DNA from: an uncultured Mycoplasmatota bacterium
GTDB taxonomy: Bacteria; Bacillota_I; Bacilli_A; RF39; UBA660
DNA length: 64,000 nt
Assembly: GCA_946498975.1 (NCBI GenBank)
Contig: CAMMQC010000001.1
Location: 1 to 64,000 of the forward strand
Reading direction: 5' to 3'
Shown here piece after piece: positions 39,414-49,186 of the stretch. Position 1 is the stretch's first letter. The number at the start of each line of letters is the position of its first letter. The position numbers and the translations under genes were made by a program. A model generated the notes under the pieces. The model made no database searches, was not told the DNA's origin, and saw nothing but the letters and a program-made list of their open reading frames with translations.

Positions 39414-41804
39414 TTACTTATCTCTTAATTCTACATCTAAAGTAGTTGTAACTTTCTTAATAATATTATCAAAGACATTCATAACCTCTTCATCAGTTAA
39501 AGTTCTATTACTATCCATAAATGTTAAGTTATAGGCAATAGATTTTTTATCATTATCAAATTTTTCATAAACATCAAATACCTTAATATCACTAAGTAAT
39601 CTACCCCCTGCTTTTTTAATAACTGTCTCTACTTCACTTGATGGCATAGACTTAGGAACAATGAATGCTACATCTTTAACGATTGTTGGATATTTTGATG
39701 CTTCTTTATATTTTAATGGTTTAACTTTAGTCATTAAAGCATTTAAAGATAACTCACACACATATACTTCATCTTTACATACTTTAGGATGAACTTTACC
39801 CATAATACCTATTCTTTTACGGTCAAGTAAAATATCTGCAGAAATTCCTGGATGTAAGTCTGAGACATTACTTTTAACAAAACTATAACGGTTTTTAAAG
39901 CCTAGATAATCAAGAATACTTTCTACTATTCCTTTCATTAGATAGAAGTCTACTTTCATAGAACCCTTCCAAGAATTAGTAATGTAATTACCTTTCATTA
40001 AGAATGCTATCTTAGATTCTTCATTATAAGATTTATCGTAAGTTTTAGCAATTTCATAGATATTTATATCTTCAACTTTACGTGCTTTATTATAATTATA
40101 AACATTCATTAATGATGGTATTATACTTGTTCTAATAACACTCTTATCAATACTCATTGGATTAGGTAAAGTGATTTTCTCTTTTCCTTCATAATCAAAG
40201 CTAGAAGCCATTGAAGGTGATACTAAAGTATAAGTTTTAACTTCATTAAGTCCTAAACTTCTAAGACGTTTAGATATAGCTTTACGGTATTTAACGTCTC
40301 CTACATACTCGCCACATTTTACTTCAATATTAGGAAGAGTTCCTTTTATATTTTGATAACCATAAAGTCTACCAATTTCTTCTGCTATATCATTAACATT
40401 AGAATCAATATCTAGTCTTCTACTAGGAATAGTTACAGTAAATTTACCATCTTTAATAGTATATGGAAAGTCTAGTCTTTCTAACTCATGTTTCATATCT
40501 TCTTCATCTATTTTAAGTCCTAGCATTTTGTCTACTTCAATAGGATAGAATTCTACTACTTTAGGAGTCTTATCAAGTCTTTCATGCATAACAGTTCCAG
40601 AAAGGATAGTTGCATTAGCATATTTTTCTAATAAGTGACAGGCTCTATTAATAGCCATATTAGTATATTCATAACTTAGTCCTTTACCATATCTTATACT
40701 TGCTTCACTTCTAAGGTCTAAATGAGATGCAGTATATCTAATACTAACAGGATCAAAGATAGCTGCTTCTATTAAGATATTTTTAGTAGTATCTTCAACT
40801 TCTGTAGTAAGTCCTCCCATAACACCGGCAACACAAATAGCGTCACTACCATTACTAATAACAATATCACTAGATTTAAGAGTTCTTTCCTTACCATCTA
40901 AAGTAGTAATTAACTCATCATCTTTAGCATCTCTAACTAATATTTTATCACCTAGAGAATCTTTATCAAAGAAATGAAGTGGTTGACCAAACTCTAACAT
41001 AACGTAATTAGAAATATCTACGACATTATTAATAGGTCTCATACCTACTGATAATAGTCTTCTTTTAATAAAATCAGGTGACTCCTTAATTTCAACATTA
41101 GTAACCATCTTTGCTAAGTAATAAGGACATTTAGGTGTATCAACTTCTAGTTTAAAATGATTATTAACATTATCTTTATCTTCACTATAAGATAAATCAG
41201 GTAATTTTACTTTTCTATTTAATATTGCAGAGATTTCATAAGCAAAACCGATATGATAGTAACAGTCATTATTACGATGTTTATGAATATCTAACTCATA
41301 TAAAGTATCTTCTAGACCTAAGTATACAAGAGGGTCTTTTCCAACTGGAGCATCTTCATTTAATTCTTCAATACCTTTAGCATAAGTCTCATCAGTTTTC
41401 TCTTCAAGACCTAATTCATATAAAGCACAAATCATCCCATTAGATTCTACTCCTCTAATCTTACTTGATTTAATAGCAAAGTCTCCTGGTAAGACAGCCC
41501 CTGGTAATGCTACTATTACTTTAAGTCCTTCTCTTACATTAGGAGCCCCACAGACTATTTGTTGTAGTTCCTCTTTACCTATATCTACCTGACATAAATG
41601 TAAATGGTCGCTATCAGGATGGTCTATACAACTAACAACTTTACCAATTACTAAATTATCTATTTTATTAGTAATAACTTTTTCAATATTAATACCAGAT
41701 TCTGTTATTTTAACTGCAAGCTTCTCTAAATCTTGATCACTTATATCAATATAATCTTTTACCCATTCTAAATTAATCATTACTACTAATCTCCCCTCTA
41801 TCAA
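39414..41804 (-). CDS. pheT: Phenylalanine--tRNA ligase beta subunit
   Basis: 796 aa. tRNA-binding, B3/B4 and B5 regions. Overlaps and follows pheS. Confidence 0.9.
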   Translation of the reverse strand: MIEGRLVVMINLEWVKDYIDISDQDLEKLAVKITESGINIEKVITNKIDNLVIGKVVSCIDHPDSDHLHLCQVDIGKEELQQIVCGAPNVREGLKVIVALPGAVLPGDFAIKSSKIRGVESNGMICALYELGLEEKTDETYAKGIEELNEDAPVGKDPLVYLGLEDTLYELDIHKHRNNDCYYHIGFAYEISAILNRKVKLPDLSYSEDKDNVNNHFKLEVDTPKCPYYLAKMVTNVEIKESPDFIKRRLLSVGMRPINNVVDISNYVMLEFGQPLHFFDKDSLGDKILVRDAKDDELITTLDGKERTLKSSDIVISNGSDAICVAGVMGGLTTEVEDTTKNILIEAAIFDPVSIRYTASHLDLRSEASIRYGKGLSYEYTNMAINRACHLLEKYANATILSGTVMHERLDKTPKVVEFYPIEVDKMLGLKIDEEDMKHELERLDFPYTIKDGKFTVTIPSRRLDIDSNVNDIAEEIGRLYGYQNIKGTLPNIEVKCGEYVGDVKYRKAISKRLRSLGLNEVKTYTLVSPSMASSFDYEGKEKITLPNPMSIDKSVIRTSIIPSLMNVYNYNKARKVEDINIYEIAKTYDKSYNEESKIAFLMKGNYITNSWKGSMKVDFYLMKGIVESILDYLGFKNRYSFVKSNVSDLHPGISADILLDRKRIGIMGKVHPKVCKDEVYVCELSLNALMTKVKPLKYKEASKYPTIVKDVAFIVPKSMPSSEVETVIKKAGGRLLSDIKVFDVYEKFDNDKKSIAYNLTFMDSNRTLTDEEVMNVFDNIIKKVTTTLDVELRDK

Positions 41805-42822
41805 AATTATTAACTTCTCTTAAGTCTGTATTATAGAAAACTCTTAAGTCATTAATACCATATTTAAGCATGGCAACTCTCTCTGCTCCAAAACCAAAGG
41901 CAAATCCTGACCAAACACTTGGGTCAAATCCACTCATTCTAAGAACATCTGGATGAACTACTCCTGCTCCACAGATAGTAATAAAGCCTGTATTTTTACA
42001 AATATTACAACCAGCACCTTTACAATTAAAACAACTAATATCTACTTCAACTGATGGTTCTGTAAACTGATAATAACTTGGTCTTAATCTTACTTCAACA
42101 CTATCTCCAAATAACTTTTTAAATACAACTTCAAAAGTACCTTTTAAGTCAGATAATGATATATCTTTATCTACAAGTAATCCTTCTATTTGCATAAATT
42201 GATGAGAGTGAGTTGCATCATCATCATCTCTTCTATATGTCTTACCAGGACAAATAACTCTAACCGGCTTCTTACCTTCTGCTTTTAACATTGTTCTAAC
42301 TTGAACTGGTGAAGTTTGACTTCTAAGTAATATCTCTTCTCCTTCAATATAGAATGTATCTTGAGCATCTCTTGCAGGATGTCCTTTAGGTATATTTAAC
42401 ATCTCAAAGTTATATTTATCTTCCTCAACTTCAGGTCCATCTACTACATCATAACCCATAGACATAAAGATTTCTTCTACTTCTTCTATTAATTTCTCTA
42501 AGATATTAGGAGAACCTATACTAACTTTAGTAGAAGGTAAACTAATATCAATAGATTCACTTTCTAGCTTTTTATTTAACTCTTCTTCATCAAGCTTATC
42601 TTTCAATGCATTATACTTTTCATTAAAGTAAGTTCTTAGAGAATTAACTTCCATTCCAAACTCTTTTTTCTTATCATTAGGAACGTCTTTAATCTTACTA
42701 TTAAGTTCTGTAATAATACCTTTCTTACTTAAATATTTAACGTGTAGTTCATTAAGTTCTTTTAAGTCCTTAACATTTTCTAAATCTTTTTCAATTTCTT
42801 TTTTAATCTCTTCTATATTCAT
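41773..42822 (-). CDS. pheS: Phenylalanine--tRNA ligase alpha subunit
   Basis: Class II aaRS motifs (FRPSYYQFTEPSVEVD, GAGVVHP...GFAFGFGAERVAML). Confidence 0.9.
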   Translation of the reverse strand: MNIEEIKKEIEKDLENVKDLKELNELHVKYLSKKGIITELNSKIKDVPNDKKKEFGMEVNSLRTYFNEKYNALKDKLDEEELNKKLESESIDISLPSTKVSIGSPNILEKLIEEVEEIFMSMGYDVVDGPEVEEDKYNFEMLNIPKGHPARDAQDTFYIEGEEILLRSQTSPVQVRTMLKAEGKKPVRVICPGKTYRRDDDDATHSHQFMQIEGLLVDKDISLSDLKGTFEVVFKKLFGDSVEVRLRPSYYQFTEPSVEVDISCFNCKGAGCNICKNTGFITICGAGVVHPDVLRMSGFDPSVWSGFAFGFGAERVAMLKYGINDLRVFYNTDLREVNNFDRGEISSND

Positions 42823-43447
42823 CTTCTAACATCTCCTTTATCTTAATTAATCTTTTTATATGAGGAACATCTACATCTTTTTTAGGGCTATAGTAAATTG
42901 TTTCAAGTCCTGCATTTCTCGCCCCTAATATATCTTTATCATAATTATCTCCTACCATAACACATTCACTAGGTTTATAAGGACCACAAGCATAGAGAAA
43001 TCCTTCTTTACTCGGTTTCATATAATAATCTGCTCCTCTTATCTCCTTGAAGTATGAATCTAGTCCTAATTTCTTAAGCCTTCCTACTTGAGTATTAGTA
43101 AATGCATTTGAATATATTACATTCTCTATTCCTAATTCATTTAAATAATCAAGAACTTCTATTGCCCCAGGATGTATACATTCATTAACATTTATCATAT
43201 AATTAGCCCATTCATCTATTAACTCTGGACTTATATGAACCCCTGTGTTTATACTAAGAAAACCACTTAACATTTTTATGTCATATTTAGGATATCTTCT
43301 TTCATAAGCCCCAAGTAAACCAAACCATTTACCAATAAACTTTGTATAGTCTTCTTCACTTAAATTATCTTTAAATAACTTCTCTTCTATAGAAAAATCT
43401 CCATCTAAAATAGTACCATCAAGGTCCCAAATAAATCGTTTAATCAT
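42803..43447 (-). CDS. HAD-superfamily hydrolase, co-transcribed with pheST
   Basis: DLDGTILDG motif I, later VGDNYDKDILGARNAGL. Overlaps pheS start by 20 bp. Confidence 0.7.
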   Translation of the reverse strand: MIKRFIWDLDGTILDGDFSIEEKLFKDNLSEEDYTKFIGKWFGLLGAYERRYPKYDIKMLSGFLSINTGVHISPELIDEWANYMINVNECIHPGAIEVLDYLNELGIENVIYSNAFTNTQVGRLKKLGLDSYFKEIRGADYYMKPSKEGFLYACGPYKPSECVMVGDNYDKDILGARNAGLETIYYSPKKDVDVPHIKRLIKIKEMLEDEYRRD

Positions 43448-43454
43448 AACTCCC

Positions 43455-43700
43455 TCCTAAAATAAAAAAATAACTATAACTTAAGGGCGTTAAACTAACA
43501 CTGTACCACCTTAATTTATAGTTATTGTAACTAACTCATTAATCTTAACGCAATTAACGCCTATAATTTTGTTATAGGAACTCCTAAGACGAATTCATAA
43601 ACTATTCTTATCTATTTCCACCTACCATAGACTCTCTTTAAAGAAATTATTTACTACTACTTCTTATTCACAGTCATTTCATGAATTACTATATCATATT
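43455..43700 (-). promoter_or_regulatory. T-box riboswitch leader, probably Phe-specific, upstream of the HAD-pheS-pheT operon
   Basis: Minus-strand RNA contains AAUUAAGGUGGUACAG (T-box consensus AAUUAGGGUGGUACCGCG). A terminator helix AACUAUAAAUUAAGG...CCUUAAGUUAUAGUU followed by AUUUUUUUAUUUU overlaps it. An AGAGAG element and a GAAUUCG segment (UUC Phe codon) lie upstream. Confidence 0.65.
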
Positions 43701-43726
43701 TAAAAGTTAATTGTAAATAGAAAATA

Positions 43727-44299
43727 TTACTTTTTAAGTGTATACTTCTTTTCTAACTCTAAAACTCTCTCTCTTCTTTCATCCATTTCTACTAAATAGT
43801 TATAATTATAATCTCCATCTAAATATTTAGTTAAATTTCTAGCCATTAAATTATTCATATAGTCATCATAATTATCTGCATAAACCTCTGCATTATATAA
43901 CTGTTCTATTAAAACTTTAATATCTTTAAGCCTTCTAGTATCATTAGTAATATCTAATCCTTCTAAAACTCTCTTATAATTATCAAAAGCTATTTTACCA
44001 CTATCTAGACCCAATGAAATCATTTTTCCAAGTTCTCTTTTCCTAGGTATAAAAATTCCTAAAGTTTTTCTTACATATAAAGAACCTTTAATAGTAAAAC
44101 TGTTCCATTCTTTTAAATTATTCATACTATCATAAACATCAACACCTATTTGCTTTAATAGCAAATTATAACTATGAATAGAAAGTTCTCCATTTTTTCT
44201 TACTTCTCTATCAATAAATTTCTTTCTATCTTTCATTATTTCTAAAGGATAATCGAATTTCTCTTTACTAATAAACATAAGTATCCCTCTTTCTAACAA
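43727..44299 (-). CDS. Hypothetical protein
   Basis: 190-aa ORF. No confident domain. Confidence 0.35.
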   Translation of the reverse strand: MLERGILMFISKEKFDYPLEIMKDRKKFIDREVRKNGELSIHSYNLLLKQIGVDVYDSMNNLKEWNSFTIKGSLYVRKTLGIFIPRKRELGKMISLGLDSGKIAFDNYKRVLEGLDITNDTRRLKDIKVLIEQLYNAEVYADNYDDYMNNLMARNLTKYLDGDYNYNYLVEMDERRERVLELEKKYTLKK

Positions 44300-44391
44300 A
44301 ACATATTATATACTAAAAATAATCTTAAGTAAAGAACTTCCTCTTATATTAAAATATTTTACTCAAAAAATAAAAGTAGTGCTAAACACTA

Positions 44392-44937
44392 CTATACAGT
44401 CATTAATTCTTTTTCTTTATCTTTATAGATATTATCTATATCTTTATTATAGTCATTAACTAAATCTTGAACATCCTTCATCATACCTTTTTCTTCATCT
44501 TCAGGTAGTTCCATCCTCTCTATCTTTTCATTAGCTTCATGTCTAATATTTCTAATAGATACTTTAGCTTCTTCAGCCATAGCTTTAACTTGTTTAGTAA
44601 GTTCACGTCTTCGCTCTTCTGTTAAAGCAGGTATAACTATTCTAATAGTCTCTCCATCATTAGATGGATTAAATCCTAGATTAGCGGCGATAATTGCTTT
44701 TTCAATATTACCTAAGCATCCTCTATCAAAAGGTTTAATTAATAACTGAGTCGCTTCAGGAACTGATATAGTTGCAAGACTTTTAAGTGGAGTCATAGAT
44801 CCATAATAATCTACCATAACACCATCTAAACTAGATGGGTTAGCACGCCCTGCTCTAACTGTAGTAAAACGTTTTTCTAAGTTAGCAAGAGTTCCTTTCA
44901 TTTTATTTTCAATATCACTAATAAATTCACTATTCAT
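44392..44937 (-). CDS. frr: Ribosome recycling factor
   Basis: 181 aa. RFTTVRAGRANPSSLDGVMVDYYG...TEERRRELTKQ. Confidence 0.9.
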   Translation of the reverse strand: MNSEFISDIENKMKGTLANLEKRFTTVRAGRANPSSLDGVMVDYYGSMTPLKSLATISVPEATQLLIKPFDRGCLGNIEKAIIAANLGFNPSNDGETIRIVIPALTEERRRELTKQVKAMAEEAKVSIRNIRHEANEKIERMELPEDEEKGMMKDVQDLVNDYNKDIDNIYKDKEKELMTV

Positions 44938-44986
44938 AACATCTTCTCCTTAATTAAATTTTACTATAAATATCACAAAATATCAA

Positions 44987-45988
44987 TTATATTAAATTAC
45001 TTCTTTTATAAGTACTTACTTTAGAATCTAAATATATATCAACTATTCCTTTATTAACACCTTTTACAAAGCCTAAACCATTAATACATATATCTTCATC
45101 ATAACCCATTTCATAAGTTCTTTTCTGTAAGTCTTTTAAATCATCATGTCTACTAGATATTCTTCTAATCTTTAAATCATTAGACATATAGAAAGTAAAA
45201 CTATTCTTTTCTCCTTCTACATAATCTATTCTAAAGAAGTTATCTACTATTACACTTTGTCCTTTCCTAAGTTGAAAAGTCTTAGGTTTAATCTCTTTTT
45301 TAGGACTTATCTTCTTAAATTCATCATCACTAATATAATTAACTATACTACCACTATCAACTAGTCCTGGAGTATCTATAAGAGTTAAATACTCATTAAT
45401 TTCTATTTCAACTGTATTTAGTGTAGTAGAAGGAAGTGGTGATATAGTAAGTTCTCTATCACTAGTAGAATAGTTCTTTAATAGTTTATTTATTAAAGTA
45501 CTCTTACCAGCATTAGTATGACCTACTACATAAACATTATTAGTAGTCTGATATAGTTTTATTTGTTTTAATAAATAATCTATATTATAGTTTTTCTCAC
45601 TACTTATAACTATTACTTTATCAAAGATATCATTATCTTTAAAATAATCTATTAGTTTATCATCATTTACTGACTTAGGTAGAACATCTCTTTTATTTAA
45701 GACTAATATCATTTTATTAGGAATAATCTCTCTAATCTTATTAATGTCTTCTTCTATATTAAGTAAATCTGCTATATAAAGTACTAAATCTTTAGTCTCT
45801 CCTACACTTTTAAGTATCTCTAAATACTCATCATTACTTTTAGTAACTATCTGATACTCTCCATAGTTTTTAATTCTAAAACATCTTTGACAGTATTCTT
45901 TATCTAAACTAGTAGTATAACCTTCCCCTAAGATATTCTCATCTTGAAGCTTAACTCCACATCCAAGACAATACTTCTCACTATTCAT
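44987..45988 (-). CDS. yqeH: Ribosome biogenesis GTPase YqeH (circularly permuted GTPase with N-terminal Zn ribbon)
   Basis: CLGCG...CQRCF zinc ribbon. LNKRDVLP (G4) before GHTNAGKSTLIN (G1) and DTPG (G3). Confidence 0.8.
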   Translation of the reverse strand: MNSEKYCLGCGVKLQDENILGEGYTTSLDKEYCQRCFRIKNYGEYQIVTKSNDEYLEILKSVGETKDLVLYIADLLNIEEDINKIREIIPNKMILVLNKRDVLPKSVNDDKLIDYFKDNDIFDKVIVISSEKNYNIDYLLKQIKLYQTTNNVYVVGHTNAGKSTLINKLLKNYSTSDRELTISPLPSTTLNTVEIEINEYLTLIDTPGLVDSGSIVNYISDDEFKKISPKKEIKPKTFQLRKGQSVIVDNFFRIDYVEGEKNSFTFYMSNDLKIRRISSRHDDLKDLQKRTYEMGYDEDICINGLGFVKGVNKGIVDIYLDSKVSTYKRSNLI

Positions 45989-46496
45989 AATACTTTCCTT
46001 TCTTGAAAAGATTATTTTTACTATATTTATTCATAATCTTTTCTTCTAAATATCTATTAATATTAGTAATCTTTAAATCTTTAACTGCTAGAGGATCTAC
46101 AAATATTTTAGTAATATTACCCTTATAGCCATATCCCATATCTGTAATAAATTGATCTCCTATGATAGCAATGTTTTTAGACTCTAAATTATATTTTGAT
46201 TTAATTTTCTTAAGTGTTCTAATAGTAGGTTTAAGTGCAAAGGAATAGGAATCTACTCCTAAATCTTCACTAAACTTAGATACACGTTTTTTAGGACTAT
46301 TAGAAACTATAACTACTAAAAAGTCTTTCTTTAATTTAGTAATTAACTCTTTAACTTTATCTTCTACCTTTACACTGTCTATTAAAGCTAGAGTATTATC
46401 TAAGTCAAAGATTAAACATTTAATATCTTTTTTCTTTAATTTATCATAATTAATAGCAAAGATATTTTTCTTATAAATATCTGGTAAATATTTCAT
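45981..46496 (-). CDS. yqeG: YqeG-family HAD phosphatase
   Basis: IKCLIFDLDNTL motif I, GDQFITD motif. Directly upstream of yqeH as in Bacillus. Confidence 0.75.
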   Translation of the reverse strand: MKYLPDIYKKNIFAINYDKLKKKDIKCLIFDLDNTLALIDSVKVEDKVKELITKLKKDFLVVIVSNSPKKRVSKFSEDLGVDSYSFALKPTIRTLKKIKSKYNLESKNIAIIGDQFITDMGYGYKGNITKIFVDPLAVKDLKITNINRYLEEKIMNKYSKNNLFKKGKYYE

Positions 46497-46541
46497 AGTC
46501 TTACTCCTTTATACTAGTATATAACAAAATTGCTTTTAATG

Positions 46542-47951
46542 CTAGTTATTTAGTCTTTGTCTTATAGGCATAGTATCTATATCTAAGGAATCAAAACTAT
46601 AACCATTACTTAAACAATAGTCAATTATACTACTTAAAGCATCTCTTGTATAAGTCTTAGTATCATGCATTAAAATAACATTATATTTATCATGAGATAT
46701 ACTATTAACTACACTATTATATAGTTTATAAGGATTAGTTGCAAAAGAAGCATCTCCACTATCAACATTCCAATCATAGTATTGATAACCTTTATTTAAG
46801 ACTTCTTTAGTTAAAGTACTCATAATACCTTCACTATATTTTTTAGATATAGTATTACTAGAACCTCCTGGGAATCTAATTAATTTAGAATCAACTCCTG
46901 TTATATCATAAATTCTCTTATGAACTTGTTCTAAATCATTAAAGTAGTTATCTTTTGATGCATAAATAATATCATATTTATGAGATGCAGTATGAATACC
47001 AATAGAATGTCCTTCATCTACAATTCTCTTAATTAAAGAATCATTTCCATTCATCGTTACAAAGAATGTCGCTTTAACTCCTTTTTCTTTTAAAATATCT
47101 AAAATTACATCAGTAGTTCCATCTCTTGGACCATCATCAAATGTAAGATAAATAGTATTAGTTTTTAATGGTTCTCTTACTTTAACATTCCTTACTATTT
47201 TACTTTTATTATTACTACTATCACTAACTTCATAAGTTACTCTATAATCACCTACTTTAGTATTATCTATATCATTAGTTATTTTAATATTAGAAGTTAA
47301 ATCATTATCACAGTTATCACTAATAGTTACATTGTCTTCTATATAAGGCTCATTTAAGTTTAAAAAGATATTATCATCTCCATTTAGTGTTATAGAAGGA
47401 GAATCTACATCTTTAGCAATTAACTTTCTTACAACTTCACTTTTATTACCACTACTATCAAGAACTCTATAAATAATTTTATCTTTCTCTTTTTTTACTT
47501 TAACTTTATCAGTAATATCTTTATCTACATTATCATAAGCACTAAAACCTTGCTCTTTATATTCACCATTAGGACAATAGTATTCTTTTAGATTACCATT
47601 TAATTTAATTTTAGGTTTCTCTATATCTTTTACACTTATTTTTTTAGAGATATGATAAGTAAATATATTATCTTTATAAGTATAATTTATATTATAATCT
47701 CTATTCTTATTAGTATTTATCTTATCAAGTGGTTTAACTATTCTTTTATTCCCTAAAATATCACTTATAGTTATCCCTTTATCAGTATAAGAAGAATTTA
47801 TATTAATTATTTCTTTTAGGGGAGCATTTAATGTTACTCTAGGAACAAATAAAAGTGCAAAAGCAAAAAGTATAAGTACTAAGGTAACAGTAATATTTAT
47901 AAAATATTCGCTTTTAGATACCCTTCTTTTTTTAATCTTCTTCTTAAGCAT
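46542..47951 (-). CDS. Polysaccharide deacetylase (NodB domain) with signal anchor and two Ig-like N-terminal repeat domains
   Basis: YLTFDDGP, FFVTMNG, IGIHTASH NodB motifs. Two internal about 60-aa repeats (KPKIKLNGNLKEYYCPNGEY... and SPSITLNGDDNIFLNLNEPY...). Confidence 0.75.
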   Translation of the reverse strand: MLKKKIKKRRVSKSEYFINITVTLVLILFAFALLFVPRVTLNAPLKEIININSSYTDKGITISDILGNKRIVKPLDKINTNKNRDYNINYTYKDNIFTYHISKKISVKDIEKPKIKLNGNLKEYYCPNGEYKEQGFSAYDNVDKDITDKVKVKKEKDKIIYRVLDSSGNKSEVVRKLIAKDVDSPSITLNGDDNIFLNLNEPYIEDNVTISDNCDNDLTSNIKITNDIDNTKVGDYRVTYEVSDSSNNKSKIVRNVKVREPLKTNTIYLTFDDGPRDGTTDVILDILKEKGVKATFFVTMNGNDSLIKRIVDEGHSIGIHTASHKYDIIYASKDNYFNDLEQVHKRIYDITGVDSKLIRFPGGSSNTISKKYSEGIMSTLTKEVLNKGYQYYDWNVDSGDASFATNPYKLYNSVVNSISHDKYNVILMHDTKTYTRDALSSIIDYCLSNGYSFDSLDIDTMPIRQRLNN

Positions 47952-48011
47952 AATCTCAACTCCTAATATTAGTATAGCAAGTTCTATAATTTTTACAATA
48001 CACTAATATTT

Positions 48012-48731
48012 TTAACTGAAGTCTACATCATTATACTTATTATTCTTAATAAATTCTCTAAGTATTTTAGTTAAGGCTCTCTTTTCAATTCGGGATACAT
48101 AGCTTCTAGATATATTTAATTTATCAGCAATTTGTTTTTGTGTCCATAAATCATTTCCTTCTAAACCATATCTTTTAACAATAATTTCTCTTTCTCTTTT
48201 AGTTAAAACTTTTAAGTAAGAATTAAGTAGTTTAACATTATCTTTTAAATTAATTTCTTCTATAAAATCAGGACGTGGGGCTTTTATAACATCAAGGATT
48301 GATATTTCATTACCTTCTTTATCAAAACCAACGGGTTCATTTAAAGAGATATTTTTATTATTTTTATTGTTTGCACGAAAATACATTAGTATTTCATTTT
48401 GAATACATTTAGCACAATAAGTAGTAAGACGATTTCCTTTATTAGGAACAAAGGTATCTACACCTTTAATAAGACCAATAGTACCAACACTAATAAGATC
48501 ATCTTGATCAACGTTTTTATAATCGAACTTTTTAACAATATGAGCGACTAATCTAAGATTATGTTCTATTAGTTTATTACGAGCTTCTTTATCTCCCTCC
48601 ACCATCTTTTTAATACACTCTTCTTCCTCATCTTTTGATAGTGGTTCTTTAAAGACTTGATTAGAGTAACTTGCTGTAAAAGTAAAGAAACCTCTTAGGC
48701 TATCAAATAAATTAAACAACATTTTTATCAC
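48012..48731 (-). CDS. sigK: Sporulation sigma factor pro-sigma-K, uninterrupted
   Basis: Hydrophobic pro-sequence then PLSKDEEEECIKKMVEGDKEARNKLIEHNLRLVAHIVKKF...GTIGLIKGVDTF...ISRSYVSRIEKRAL. Near-collinear with SigK. No intervening element. Confidence 0.85.
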   Translation of the reverse strand: MIKMLFNLFDSLRGFFTFTASYSNQVFKEPLSKDEEEECIKKMVEGDKEARNKLIEHNLRLVAHIVKKFDYKNVDQDDLISVGTIGLIKGVDTFVPNKGNRLTTYCAKCIQNEILMYFRANNKNNKNISLNEPVGFDKEGNEISILDVIKAPRPDFIEEINLKDNVKLLNSYLKVLTKREREIIVKRYGLEGNDLWTQKQIADKLNISRSYVSRIEKRALTKILREFIKNNKYNDVDFS

Positions 48732-48745
48732 CTAATAAATAATAT

Positions 48746-48780
48746 GTCAAAAAAAAGGAGTTAGAATATCTAAACTCCTT
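48746..48780 (-). terminator. Minus-strand intrinsic terminator (GGAGTT-tagatattct-AACTCC followed by U9) about 20 bp upstream of the sigK RBS
   Basis: Perfect 8-bp stem AAGGAGTT/AACTCCTT. On the minus strand it is followed by nine T. Confidence 0.55.
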
Positions 48781-48906
48781 TATTACCATAAATTACCAGT
48801 TAAAATTATCTCTTGTTCTATTGTTATATAGATTACAGTATGATACTATATAAACAAGGAACATTTGATATGAGTGTCGTACCTCCAGAAAGGAGGCAGA
48901 AGAAAA

Positions 48907-48999
48907 ATGAAGTTAAAAACATTTATTATAAAAACTTTAAAACAACTTCCTTTTATTCTAATTAGTCTTGCTTTACTAATACTTGCAATTAAAATATAA
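48907..48999 (+). CDS. 30-aa hydrophobic peptide (MKLKTFIIKTLKQLPFILISLALLILAIKI). Candidate type I toxin-like or membrane micro-protein.
   Basis: Consensus RBS GGAGG 9 nt upstream. That RBS lies in a perfect CCTCC-agaaa-GGAGG hairpin. The ORF is flanked by inverted repeats GAGTGTCG (48872-48879) and CGACACTC (49004-49011). Confidence 0.35.
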   Translation: MKLKTFIIKTLKQLPFILISLALLILAIKI

Positions 49000-49186
49000 A
49001 TAGCGACACTCTAATCAACATTTGAGAAGAGTGTCTGCAATCCAAAAAACTTATGGAGGAGACATTCGGTCGCAAATCAAATGTTCCTCTTTTTTAATTT
49101 ATGTAAATTCCTTTTACATATTCATGATATCATAAATGTTATGTTTATGCAAGTGTCTAACATATATCTTTCCAGTCAAATAAATT

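Noticed and set aside
48746-48780. Hairpin plus T9 considered as the terminator of the plus-strand small ORF
   Set aside because: The T-run follows the hairpin only in the minus-strand sense, and on the plus strand it lies upstream of the small ORF. It is therefore assigned to the minus strand.
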